From Octopus bimaculoides (taxonomy: Eukaryota): a DNA stretch of 52,879 nucleotides. The notes beneath the pieces were generated by a model that was not told the origin of the DNA, did not search any database, and saw only the letters and a list, made by a program, of their open reading frames with translations. How positions within the stretch are numbered: the first letter of the stretch is position 1; each line of letters opens with the position of its first letter. The translations under genes were made by a program, and so were the position numbers. Shown in pieces: positions 12,640-24,535 of the stretch. The DNA is taken from the NCBI RefSeq assembly GCF_001194135.2, contig NC_068981.1:84739333-84792211 (forward strand), in the 5' to 3' direction.

Positions 12640-13010
12640 GGTTGTACAGTTAAGAAGTTTTGCTACCACGTGATTTCGTGTTCGGTCTCACTGCGCGGGA
12701 CCTTGCATAAATGTCTTCTACTTTAGCCCCAGGTCGACGACAGATTGCTTGTGAATTTGAGAGACAGAAACAATGCAGAAGCCCGTCACAAGTGGTGCGT
12801 TTTATTGTATTTATACCTCACCGTCGATTGACAACCGGTGCTGGTTTGTTCATGTTCTCATAACTAGCGGTTCGACAGAAAACCAATAGTATAAGTGCCA
12901 GATTTTTAAAAAATAAGTACTAGTGTCGATTTGTTTGACTAAAACCTTCAACATGGTGCCCCAGCGTGGCCACACTCCATTGACCAAAACACGTAAAATA
13001 ATAGAAGATA
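12640..13010 (+). mobile_element. SINE family A-related, diverged
   Basis: Degenerate head ggttgtacagttaagaag, and the 3' part gtcgatttgtttgactaaaacc...ccagcgtggccac. Confidence 0.75.
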
Positions 13011-14232
13011 TTCCACATTGAAAAGAAAAAAATCTTTTTTCTACAAATTAAGAGAAAGCAAGTCCCTGGGTGGAATTGAATTTTGATTAATAGATATCGT
13101 TACTACGAATCGGCTGAACCAATTCCAAATTGTGTGATTGTATTCAATACAACAGTGCTGCATTATGGAAAGATTCATGAATTTTTGTTACTGATGTTTT
13201 AAATAAGGTTTTAAAAAATCATACTTGTAATTTTGTAATACGTTAGTGCTAATCCAAAGTAGAAATGTGGATTCTTGCTAAGTTAAGTATACTTATAACT
13301 AGAAGGTATTACATAATTGTAACATTTAAATTTTAGTTTAATTTATTAGTCTTGCGAAAAATGAACACGAAAAAAAATCATTGCAAGGGAGGCAACTCGA
13401 ATGTACAAACATTAGCATAGTCTTTCAAGGGACGCAACTCAAATTTATAAATATCAATTTATGCCCCTCTGATTGTGTTACCCTGCGTTTCTTTTACGAT
13501 ATATGACCTCTTATCCGACTTCCAGAAATCCAGGAATAGTGTGAAACACTATGCGAAATATGTTCCTTGTATTGAGTAAAAAGACCCTGTTTTTGACGTT
13601 GGATAATTTATTCATAATGCGTTAAAAATAGTTTTGATCTTTACTTTTCTATGTAGATTGATCAAGATTATGCATCACCCCGTGATCAAGATTAATCATA
13701 CTCTGCTTTGGAATTGTATTCATTTGTAGCTGTATCTATTAAATAAAACCATGTTCTTTACTTCTCTTCGTTTTTCATCATATAAATATTGTACTGTATA
13801 CATGGTACTATATGATATATTAAAAAAAAATTAAATGGGCTGTTAAATATCAGATAGACCCTGCTTTTGAAGAGTATTCATTTGAATTTTACGTATGATT
13901 TAATTCATTACTTCTCGTAGTTAATTTTATATATTAATAATATATCTGGGCGCTCATAAAGAAGAATGGCAAATCCAGAAATTCGGACCCCTTCTGATCC
14001 CAAGCTTGTTGAATATTTGGAAAAAAAAAAATCTGTGTGCCATAGAAGAAAGTTCATTTTCACTTTTACCACACAACGCTTTTAAAACAAAAAGGCATTC
14101 TTTCGCTAAAAGTAAATGATGTCATGAGCGAGTGCGTGATTGTCTTTTATCTGCTCAACATAGCTGAGCAGTCAAATGCACACTCGCACAGACGTCATCC
14201 ATGACTGACGTCATATATTAATACTGAAACAT

Positions 14233-14613
14233 TGTTGGCACTCGGTCGCTTACGACGTCGAGGGTTCCAGTTGATCCGATCAACGGAACAGCCTGCTCGT
14301 GAAATTAACGTGCAAGCGGCTGAGCACTCCACAGACACGTGTACCCTTAACGTAGTTCTCAGGGATATTCAGCGTGACAGTGTGACAAGGCTGGCCCTTT
14401 GAATTACAGGCACAACAGAAACAGGAAGTAAGAGTGAGAGAAAGTTGTGGTGGAAGAGTACAGCAGGGTTCGCTACCATCCCCTGCCGGAGCCTCGTGGA
14501 GCTTTAGGTGTTTTCGCTCAATAAACACTCACAACGCCCGATCTGGGAATCGAAACCGCGATCCTATGACCGCGAATCCGCTGCCCTAACCACTGGGCCA
14601 TTGCGCCTCCACT
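14233..14613 (-). mobile_element. tRNA-derived SINE family C (head ggaggcgcaatggcccagtggttagggc), young
   Basis: Intact A and B boxes. Exact 12-bp TSD atactgaaacat at 14221-14232 and 14614-14625. Confidence 0.92.
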
Positions 14614-14981
14614 ATACTGAAACATAGCCAAANNNNNNNNNNNNNNNNNNNNNNNNNNNNNNNNNNNNNNNNNNNNNNNNNNNNNNNNNNNNNNNNNNNN
14701 NNNNNNNNNNNNNNNNNNNNNNNNNNNNNNNNNNNNNNNNNNNNNNNNNNNNNNNNNNNNNNNNNNNNNNNNNNNNNNNNNNNNNNNNNNNNNNNNNNNN
14801 NNNNNNNNNNNNNNNNNNNNNNNNNNNNNNNNNNNNNNNNNNNNNNNNNNNNNNNNNNNNNNNNNNNNNNNNNNNNNNNNNNNNNNNNNNNNNNNNNNNN
14901 NNNNNNNNNNNNNNNNNNNNNNNNNNNNNNNNNNNNNNNNNNNNNNNNNNNNNNNNNNNNNNNNNNNNNNNNNNNNNNNNN

Positions 14982-15061
<80 letters not shown>

Positions 15062-18000
15062 CGTTAGTGTCTGTGTGTGCGTGCGTTAGTGTCTGTATGT
15101 GCGTGTGTGTACGTATGTGTGTTCGCGCGTGTGTGAAAAGCAGGAAAGCAACAAGTTAGAAATATCAATAGACTGACACCTGAAAGTTGCAAAACGTAAC
15201 AAATTAAATGAATGTTGGTTGTTTTTGCTCTAAGTACAACACAACACTGACATGCTAGAGTCATCCATGATGTCATATAATCCTATAAGCATGTTTAAAT
15301 GTACATATAGACACACACAAAAATAATGTACATATAGACATACGCAAAAAAAGATATGGAGTGTTCCTATGTCTGTACAGTGGTACGAGTTCATATATGC
15401 TCAGGCATAAGCAGTTCCAACTCCAAACTTTCCAAAGCAACAGAAATGCAGAGTTGTTAAAGAAAAGACACATTGATACCTATCAGAATGGTATCACCAG
15501 CAGAATATGATTTACAACATATTAGACCTTTTGCTTTCAAATATAAGATGATCTGTGGTGTTGGATGACACTACAGAGGCTGAAAAGTAACAATGTAGTT
15601 CGTGGGCAATCTACCCAGTGTGATGTTTTTATGGGGGCAATACTTTTAGGTTTGCTGGTAAAAGCCTATATATGCCTGAAGGCCCAGCTGGAGTTGGGGG
15701 CAAACTTAAGGCCTACCCCAAGTGACACACACTCTAGCTATGCCACTGCCAAGAGGAGGTCAAGCTATGAGATAGGTTTCATCATACTATTGATGTTCCA
15801 ATAAATATGAAGACGTTTCCAGAAACAGTCACCCAAATGGTTAGAGATCGAAGTTTTGTAGGGGGTTGGAGTTTTTTTTTTTTTTTTGTGTGTGGCTAGA
15901 GAGAAAGGGGAAGGTCCAGGAAACATTGAATTAATTTCAAATTTGTAGAGTAAAAACTTAAAGTGACAGAATACAATGTGGGTTTTTTTTATTTGTTTTT
16001 GCTTCTTTTTTTTAGGTGGGATGGTAATGGAGAAGGAATTTAAATTGTATTTGTGAATTATTGACGAAAGTGTAATCATACTATTAAAAATTCAGATGAG
16101 CTCCAACACACTACAGCATTTTTTCTAATGGCACAGACTAAAACAAATATTAAAAAATCGTTTGATCATTTAGAAATTACTATCATAAAAAAATGACTTA
16201 CAGAATATATTTCACAAACTCTTGATTTAAACTTGGCCTTTGCTAATGCTAACTATTATATAAAAACTATAAAAGATATGACTTTTTTTCAAGTAGGTGT
16301 GTTGAGTGAGAAGGAGTCACAGCTGGGTATTTTGAAAGTGTACAGATCTATCAGTTTGAAGGATGATAGTTCATTTCTCTTGACTTATACAGCACTTTCA
16401 CTTTCAATTACCATATAAACATGGATATAAATAAGCACCTTATGTGGATAAGCAGAAGAGCAATGTGTGACTGCCAAGTGTTTCATTTGTTTGCTGTAGA
16501 TAAGTTAAGTTATGCTTTTCTGAACTTTAATAATCTGTTGAACTAGTTGCATACTTTCATTTTTATACTTTTAAGTAGGAGAGAAATAAATTTCTTTGAC
16601 CTCTGCACCTCACTCACTTGGATAGTCAGGACACTGAACTATCACAGACAGCTATTCTCTAATGAAATATGAACTTAGCTAGGCAACCACAGAACCACTT
16701 TTAGTGCTGGCACAGCTTACACCAGTCAATTATATGACCGATGGTGATAGTCAGTTGTTGAAAGTTAAGTATTTAGTTCATAGGCTCATTGTTAGCAACA
16801 GTAACAGATTATGATTTGTTAGTTTCCCAAGATCTTGAAGAAAACAATGAGTAACCACTCCAGAGTGTTTCATTATGAAGATTTTGTTGATGTTTTAGAA
16901 GGTAGAGTTATGTGCCTTAACTAAGGGCACATTACTACATTTAAGACAGAAACTCACAACTGGAATCTTGTATTTTATCCAGCTAACCAATGAGGGTTGT
17001 CGATAAATTTTCTAGATAAAGAGTACTCATAAAGTATAAAAGTATATTTCATTCAAAATTTGGTGGAACCATGCTTAGGAAATTCCATGAATTTTCTGAC
17101 GGCTGGAACAACTTGCTGTCTTCAAACATCTCTCTCTTTTTCTTACTCTATAATGAATGGGAAAAGACGAAAGAAAACACTATAACTCTAATAATCAAAA
17201 TACTTCATTTCATAGTTCAAAAAGTAAATCTATTAATATCAAAGTATTTGTAATAGTTTATGTTTGACTACAACAGAGGGCCCTACCTGGGTTACTTGCA
17301 AACCCAAAGGGTGCAAGATCATATTTCAATGGGTGCAGTAAAGAGGGAAAATATATACTTTACCTCATTAATATAACTTATTACAATGAAATTAGTTACT
17401 CACTCTTAAAAACAACTTTATTCTTCCAAGCACACCAAAAACTATGTAGATTTAATCCTGAAGAGATTGTGACCAAAAGAATGTATCATCATTCTATTTG
17501 CAATAACATATTGGTCTACATATGGATTCAGTTACCTTTTGTACATCAAGACAAAATCTAGGAACCACCTAAATCCATAGGCAGACATGCAGATTGCAAA
17601 CCACAAGATAGACACATGTTTTTTATAAAATCATAAATTAGAAAAACAGGAACAAAAATAGTTATGAATTCTATATTAAATAAAATTTCATTACTCATAG
17701 GTTTTTGTTTTTCTTTTAGTCAAAATTTGAGTCAAAAGCTTATATTTTTAGATCAGTTTGTTCATCAATAGTATTTTATGTGGTTCAATCAAAAAATAAC
17801 AATAAATTAGTGATTGGAAAATTGAATCTTTCTTCTTCAAATATGATACAACTTTTGTAGGGATGCAAAAATTCAACTAATATTTTCTACAGCTGTTGTA
17901 GATAGAGAAGGTTTGGATCCGCTGTAAAGGAACAAAGTCTAAAGAGATGGTTTAAATATCAAATAGATTGATGATTACTTGTTACAAAACTTTACTAGAG

Positions 18001-18180
18001 TCAGCTTGGCCAAGAATGATGGGAAAAGTCAGTAAAATAGCAATCAGTTTAGCTACTGTGATGAATTCAATTGATTGTTTTCTCTTATTTTCAGGTTAGA
18101 AAAGTAAATAGTATTTGTTAGGTTAATCAAACTGAAATTGACATATGTATTTTATTCTTGATAGGGATTATAATGGTTTT

Positions 18181-18399
18181 TTAATTTAAATTGGCCATAT
18201 CCAGCCAAAATATTCTGCCTGTCTTATGTTCAAATCAGCAAGATTCTGGCTTCTCACATCCATGCTACAATGTCATTCTAAAAGTAAGCAATCACATCAT
18301 CAAAATCTCAGAGCAACAAGGTAATGTATGATTAATTCAAAACAATGTGAATAAATAAGCATTACATTTAATAGAGAAATTTGAATGCTAAAGGGTTAA
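18181..18399. mobile_element. TTAA-type (piggyBac-like) MITE family 1, left end eroded
   Basis: Ends aatgctaaagggttaa. The body is homologous to 22304-22679 and 42079-42324. Confidence 0.75.
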
Positions 18400-19097
18400 A
18401 CACAAAACCCAGCAGTTTTGTAAGGGTGTGGATTACTTAACTGGTATGTTAATTTCTTGGCCCTAGAAGGATGAATGTCAAAAGTGATCTGAGCAAGATT
18501 TGAACTCAGAATGTAAAGAATCCAAATAAATATCACAAAGCATGTTTTCTAGTATCCTAACGATACTGCAAGTTCACTGTCCTTCTAATAGGGATAGAAA
18601 TGTCATAGAAGACTAGTCATATGTTTTAGATATGTTAATATTAACATGAGCATTAAAAAAAATCAACTAAACATAGTCAAGCAGTTAAAAAACAACAATA
18701 TTATTGAATGTTAACTCATTTTTTTCAAAAGTACTTGAGGCAAAGGTCATAAAATTATAAGACCTAATGTAATCTTTATGCCTAATAACTACACTCTAAC
18801 TCGTTAATGCTATACAAAATCGACTCAAGTATTTTACTTTTACCTTGTTACATTGAAAGGATCTTACACAGATCGCTAAATTTACTGAAATTTGGAATTT
18901 TATCATTTACATTCTTTCTTTTCTGCTCTGTTTTATTCCTAGCTACTTCTTTGTTAGATCCTTTCTTTGCAAAGTCAGGAAGGATCCATGTTGATCACAA
19001 GCACAAGCAAATCCATCCTCTTGCTGGCTAACAACTGACTTTGTGTGCATGAGATTCATGGTCTTTTCAGTACTTCCAGACTGGTGACACAGTCTCT

Positions 19098-19254
19098 TTA
19101 AATCTCACTTACCATCTTGAAGTTAAGAAGAATACACTGGAAAATGCTCTTGGGCTGGAACATCATTGGTAAGTTAATTTGATCAGGGTTAACAATAATA
19201 ACAAAAAAGTAAAAATCTAGAAGCAAGTGTCCTTTCCGTAAGACACCAAAATGC
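19098..19254 (-). CDS. Tentative ODAD1-like terminal exon (HFGVLRKGH...FKMVSEI*)
   Basis: Acceptor cttttacctgatggcag is phase-compatible with tentative exon 8 and the frame stays open to TAA at 19098. Similarity to the family C-terminus is weak, and an internal GTAAGT donor exists near 19113. Confidence 0.22.
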
Positions 19255-20216
19255 CTGCCATCAGGTAAAAGTTCATTATTAGCAATAGAAGCCATATTAG
19301 TTCAGAACAGCATTTGGTATATCTTACTTAAGATGGATATACAATAAGAAAGCCACAATACTGTAGTATTTGCCTTGAGAAAGCATCTCATATAGACATA
19401 TATATGTCTACAATTGATTTCAACTCAAGATTGATGAAATACTTGTCTGATAAACTATCCACTCAGCTATTTTACTTTTATTTGAATGCACACAATATAA
19501 TGTAAGAAATTTACCTCAGTATTGTCTGTATCAATCATAATCAAAATCTTAATTGACTTAATTTGACTTAATCTCACTTGAATTAAATTCTTTAATTGCA
19601 ACTAAATTAACTGACAGTAAATTTGTAAGATAATGAATTATTTCTCCACAGTATAGTTTCCATTATATTTCTATTTTGAACATTCCATCAAGTCTATATT
19701 TCCAAACTAACTTCTTAAAATTTTACTGATTTCAAATCAAAATCTATGTTAACTAAACATTTGTAAGACACTGATTCTAAGAATTCCCAAAAATACCGAT
19801 GTACATCTTTCTGATTTGTAGACTATCATTTAACATACTATTACAGTTTCAAGACCATAAGTATCGAAACAAATTAATTTTGCTTTATAGACAAATACTT
19901 TTTTATTAATTTGGTCCGAATGCAGAGGCTGTGCAAGTGAGTGAGAGCAATGCAATTGAAATTCCTCTTGAACAGGTGAAGTCAATAACAGTCCGAAAAC
20001 ATGTGCAGTGAGGGTTACCCAGAGGGCTGATGTTTTAAAAAGAAACAGCTAGGTGTAATAGTTAATGTGGGGTCTAGAAGAAAGACACAATATGCATGGT
20101 GAGAGGGGATGACTAGGTCTGATGGGCCTAAATGGAGGTGACATGAGACTAGCCAGTTCTAAAGAGTAGCAATATAAAAGGCAGATGGAGAAGACACCTT
20201 GACTATGAGCCAGATG

Positions 20217-21150
20217 TTAGCGAGCAACCTCATACCAATCAGTTAAATAGCAGATTTTTTTATGCAATCTAGAATAACATGTATGTAGCAGCATCACTAT
20301 CCTAAATGTGAGAATAGTAACCCATTGTGAATCTAAGCTGAGCTTTGTTGAGGGTGAATAGTTGTTGTGCAGAGGGAGTGTATTCTCTATCCTGGCCCAG
20401 TAGAGAAAAGCCAGTCTTTGCAACGTCGTAAAGCAACATTTTCCAGGAGAGATCCTCAGTGATGGTGAGGCTTAGCATTTCTATTAATATTGATTGTTCT
20501 AAACGCATTCTGTTTAAACTTACTGGTGGTACAATAATCCTTAATTGCTATATAAAATAATGGTACCATTGCAATAGTGAAAGAAACAAAATCAGGATGG
20601 CTTTATTGGAAAATGTCTACACAGTTTCTGAGTCAGTGTAGGTTAAGTGTGAGGGGTCTAGATTGCCTGCAGATGATGCCTGGGTACAGAGTAAAATTAG
20701 AGATGAATGAATGGAGGTGTCACTACACAGGAGTGAGCTTTGCTGAAGGTTATTCTCAAGGAGGTCATTGATGCATAGATAAATGCATGAGGTAGTACAA
20801 AACCAAACTCAGGGATATACAAGAGTTAATAGATTGTGATTCTGAGAGAGCTCCATCAGCCCACACCGTGGTGATTTACTGATGGAGATCTCTTGTTTAA
20901 TTCAAGAAACAAGAGATGGATGAAGCACACAGACAGTTTTATCAAGGGATTTGCATACCAAATATGGATGGAAACTTTACAGCAGTTAAGGGCGCCAATA
21001 AAGGTTTCACTGAATTTATTGAGGACAGGAGCCCATCAGATTTATTTTTAACAGCTGTTGCTATCACACCAGAGATGTTGGAAGTATGTTCTAGAGAATG
21101 ATATTTAGCAATGTTAGAGAGATTGGCCATCATGGGAATAGACCCCACTA
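20217..21150 (-). mobile_element. Decayed CR1/Jockey-group LINE RT region
   Basis: Frame-shifted pieces read KFPSIFGM, DGALSESQSINS, INDL, LTITEDLSWK and LNKAQLRFTMGYYSHI, recalling the CR1-type LSW and YKxxIRPxMEYCSHIW motifs. Confidence 0.65.
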
Positions 21151-21185
21151 TAGTATGTTTCTAAAAATCAGGATATATCTTTGTA

Positions 21186-21253
<68 letters not shown>

Positions 21254-21724
21254 GAGAGAAAGAGAGTGAGAATGAGAAGAGTTTGATGAAACTAGGTGTA
21301 TTGTTTTGAGAATGGAAGGAATATTCAGAAGAGTAATGGTTTTGTTGATTTGAAGTGAATAGAGATTCTTTTGTACAAGATATGTATAGGTGCACGGTAA
21401 TAAACATAGTGAAGGGAATACAAATAACTTAGGAGAATATATACTTCCTGTGTACTATATATAAGACAGTATATAAAATCCTCCAAATCTTTAAGCAAAG
21501 ACTTTCCAAACTTTAAAGTGTTCACATAAATAACAGAAAACTGTGTGTAAATAGAATAGTAGGTGGTGCCTAAACAGAGTAGAAAATGTGACTTGTGTAT
21601 ACATAGTGTAGGAGTGATTTAACCACACATTCCCAATATGCATTATTTCTTTACTATGTCAGTACATACATGAAAACTAAATCCTTAAATCATCCATTGA
21701 TAATTATCTTGAAATGCTGGTCAC

Positions 21725-21765
21725 CTCCCACTAATACACTCTTGACTATTGAGATCATCTCCACT
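21725..21765 (-). CDS. Tentative ODAD1-like exon 8 (SGDDLNSQECISG + AG)
   Basis: Good acceptor ccttttctgttttag with phase 0 entry. The donor AG|GTGACC is weak, and read-through gives AGG TGA (stop). No homology support. Confidence 0.35.
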
Positions 21766-22303
21766 CTAAAACAGAAAAGGAACATTATCAGTTTTAGAAA
21801 AGAACATAGTGTTGTAAAATACACTTATTAGATAAAGTAAACAGTAGGATCCAAGGAAACTAGTGGAGGCCTATGCTGGTAATTAATAAATATGAAAAGT
21901 TCAATGGGAACTAAATGACTTTAACAAATGGAAGAGGAACTGTTTAATGTAACACAGTATCCTTTGTTGAAGAGTGAAAGGTAATACAGATCTCTGACAA
22001 AGAGTACCCTCCTGAAATATTGGTTGCAAATTTCAGCACAAGGCCAGCAATTTCGGTGGGGTGTACTAGTCGATTACATCGACCCCAGTGCTCAACTTGT
22101 AGTTATTTTATCAACCCCCAAAAGAATGAAAGGTAAAGCTGGTCCCAATGGAATTTGAACTCACAACATAAAGACAGACAAAATGCCACTAAGCATTTTG
22201 CCCTGCATGCTCACGATTTTGTCAGCTTGCTGCCCTACTCTCCTGAAATGTTAACTACCATATTTAATGGCATATAAGGTGCAATTTTTCTTTCAAAAAT
22301 GTC

Positions 22304-22679
22304 TTAACCCTTAAGCATTTAAACCAGCCATATCTGGCCCAAATATTCTACCTGTTTTATGCTCAAACTGTCAAAATCTGGCCTCTTACACCAACCCTAC
22401 AATCATCATCATCATTTAACATCCACTTTCCATGCTGGCATGGGTTGGATGGTTTGACTGAAAACTGGTAAGCCAGGGAGCCGCACCAGGTTCTGATCTG
22501 ATTTGGCAAGGTTTCTACAGCTGGATGCCTTTCCTAATGCCAACCACAATGTAATTCTAAAAATATATAATCATTACATTGAAATATCTCAAGCTATAAG
22601 ATAATGTATGATTAATTCAAGACAATGTGAATTAATAAATATTAAATTTGACATAGCAGTCTGAACACTAAAGGGTTGA
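22304..22679. mobile_element. TTAA-type MITE family 1 with a nested RTE 3' tail (22404-22545)
   Basis: TIRs ttaacccttaagcatt and aacactaaagggttga. The insert begins (cat)n-ttaacatccactttccatgctggcatgggttgg and is flanked by acaat on both sides. Confidence 0.8.
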
Positions 22680-22894
22680 AAAATAGCCCCAGTTTCTTAT
22701 ATGCAAATTTAGGCCTTCATTATATTCTTTAATGCGCTAAAAACTTTTATCTCTGGAATATGTGCTGCTGAAAAATTGGAGAGCATCTGGTATATCTATG
22801 CAGCTTTTATGCCCTCAAATATGGTAATTTATTTCATTGTTTAATGTATTTATACAAAATATTGAACACAAAATAAATATTGCTTTAGCATTAC

Positions 22895-23152
22895 CAAAGT
22901 TTCTAAATACTGGTTGATAAATATTAATTTTGAGACTTTCTGATCAATTCCATTCATGAGATGTTGAATGGCCTTTTCATCAGTTTTTGAATCATTTGGT
23001 AAGGAATCTCTTCTGAATGAAGTGAATGAAGGACACTGAAGAATATTATATAATGACTCCATTCCATGGTAGAATTCTTCAAACACTTTCCTCCTTTCAG
23101 TCAGAGAATGTCTTTGCTTGTCACAGTGCTGACTTGATTTTGAAATTTTGTC
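22895..23152 (-). CDS. ODAD1: ODAD1/CCDC63-like coding exon 7 (DKISKSSQHC...IDQKVSKLIFINQYLETL)
   Basis: Acceptor ttttttttttgcaacag, donor TTG|GTAATG. 258 nt = 86 codons, phase 0/0. MNGIDQKVSKLI resembles the family LGxIEQRxNELL segment. Confidence 0.85.
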
Positions 23153-23619
23153 CTGTTGCAAAAAAAAACAATGACATAGTCACACGAAACTATTAACATT
23201 AAAAAAAAAAACATATTTAACTCAGTCATTTGTCATTGCCTCCTTAAAGTCCAACGCTCGAAAGGTATATATGTGTGTGTGTGTGTGTGTGCGTGTGTGT
23301 GTGCGTGTGTGTGCGTGTGTGTGTGTACTTATATACGTCTGTATGCATATACATTTGTATATGTATATGTGTGTGTGTGTGTATATATGTATGTTTGTAT
23401 GTATATATGTATATAAATATATATATATATATATTTGTATATAACAATATGAGAGAAAGAAAATGGATTTCACAAGACTCTTTGTTATCCACTATGATCA
23501 TTTCAGTTCATCATGCACCAATCCCTCATGGATAAGATGCTGACATCAGGTAGCCAAATACTATGAACAGGCTTTAAACAGCATACTAAAAGGTGTATAC
23601 CCAAATATAAAATTATCAC

Positions 23620-23698
<79 letters not shown>

Positions 23699-23852
23699 CG
23701 TGCGCATGTGTGTGTTTAGCCATTCAAAAATTATATTGAAGTAATATTTCATCTCCAAATATTTTGCCTTCCTTCAATCACCACAGACTTTATCATCACT
23801 CTACATACAATTATTATAGACAAAGTAAAAAAAAGAAAAGTCTTTCTCAAAC

Positions 23853-24136
23853 CTTAACAGAAAGAATTTTATCCTCTTGCTTAGTTTGCAAGTTTTCACT
23901 GATCTCTTCCAATTCTGATATGTTCTGACGTAATTCTCTGATGCTTTCTGTTAGATTTTCATGCTCTGTGTTTTGTTCATTAATATATTTAAAGAGAGAG
24001 AAATTCTCTTCTTCATTAGCCTTAAAATTACTGATAATTGACTCAGTATCTGTTAATCCAGTAATTTCTTCAATTCTTCGAAGGGCTTTATCATATATTT
24101 CAAGCTGCTGCCCAGCTGTAGCAAAGTCTTTCACTT
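23853..24136 (-). CDS. ODAD1: ODAD1/CCDC63-like coding exon 6 (VKDFATAGQQLEIYDKAL...NEEENFSLFKYINEQN...ILSVK)
   Basis: Acceptor ttcctgatttcag, donor AAG|GTTTGA. 284 nt = 2 + 94 codons. Phase 1 entry matches exon 5. Carries the diagnostic EExNFxLFxYxNEQN motif. Confidence 0.93.
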
Positions 24137-24160
24137 CTGAAATCAGGAAGTAACCTAGTC

Positions 24161-24535
24161 ATTATTATTATTATCATTATTATCATTATTGAGTGAGAGA
24201 GCAGTGCATGCTCTCAAAGTGACACTGGGATACACATATACGAAGCTCAGTATACCCATCATGACGACCCGTCTGATAAGGGTACACTAGGAACATGCAT
24301 CACAACCATATGCTCACGACATGGTGATCTTATATCAAGATAAACAGCATATAATTTTCTTCAGGTCGAGTAGGCCATCCTACTCGAAAGGTCCTTGAAC
24401 AAGAACTGTTTAAGGATAATGAACAAATCACCCATTTTTCCAGAAGTGAATTATTCAAATCCCAAAGAATTCCTCTCAACACATGACTATGATGCTCCCT
24501 CACTACTCTTGCTTGTGATCAGAGATGCACCTATC
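24161..24535 (-). mobile_element. (TAA)n-tailed retroposon 3' end (family unassigned)
   Basis: An (att)n-like tail at 24161-24190 is followed by a GC-richer body (gagtgagagagcagtgcatg...) that I recall as a frequent octopus repeat. Only one copy is in this window. Confidence 0.55.

Noticed and set aside
13050-13120. Possible tRNA-like sequence on the minus strand
   Set aside because: Only a weak B-box-like word is present; no cloverleaf could be built.
20916-21101. Plus-strand ORF starting MDEAHRQ, resembling the ODAD1 DEAQ motif
   Set aside because: It is on the wrong strand and antisense to the CR1-like relic. The true exon is 28536-28723.
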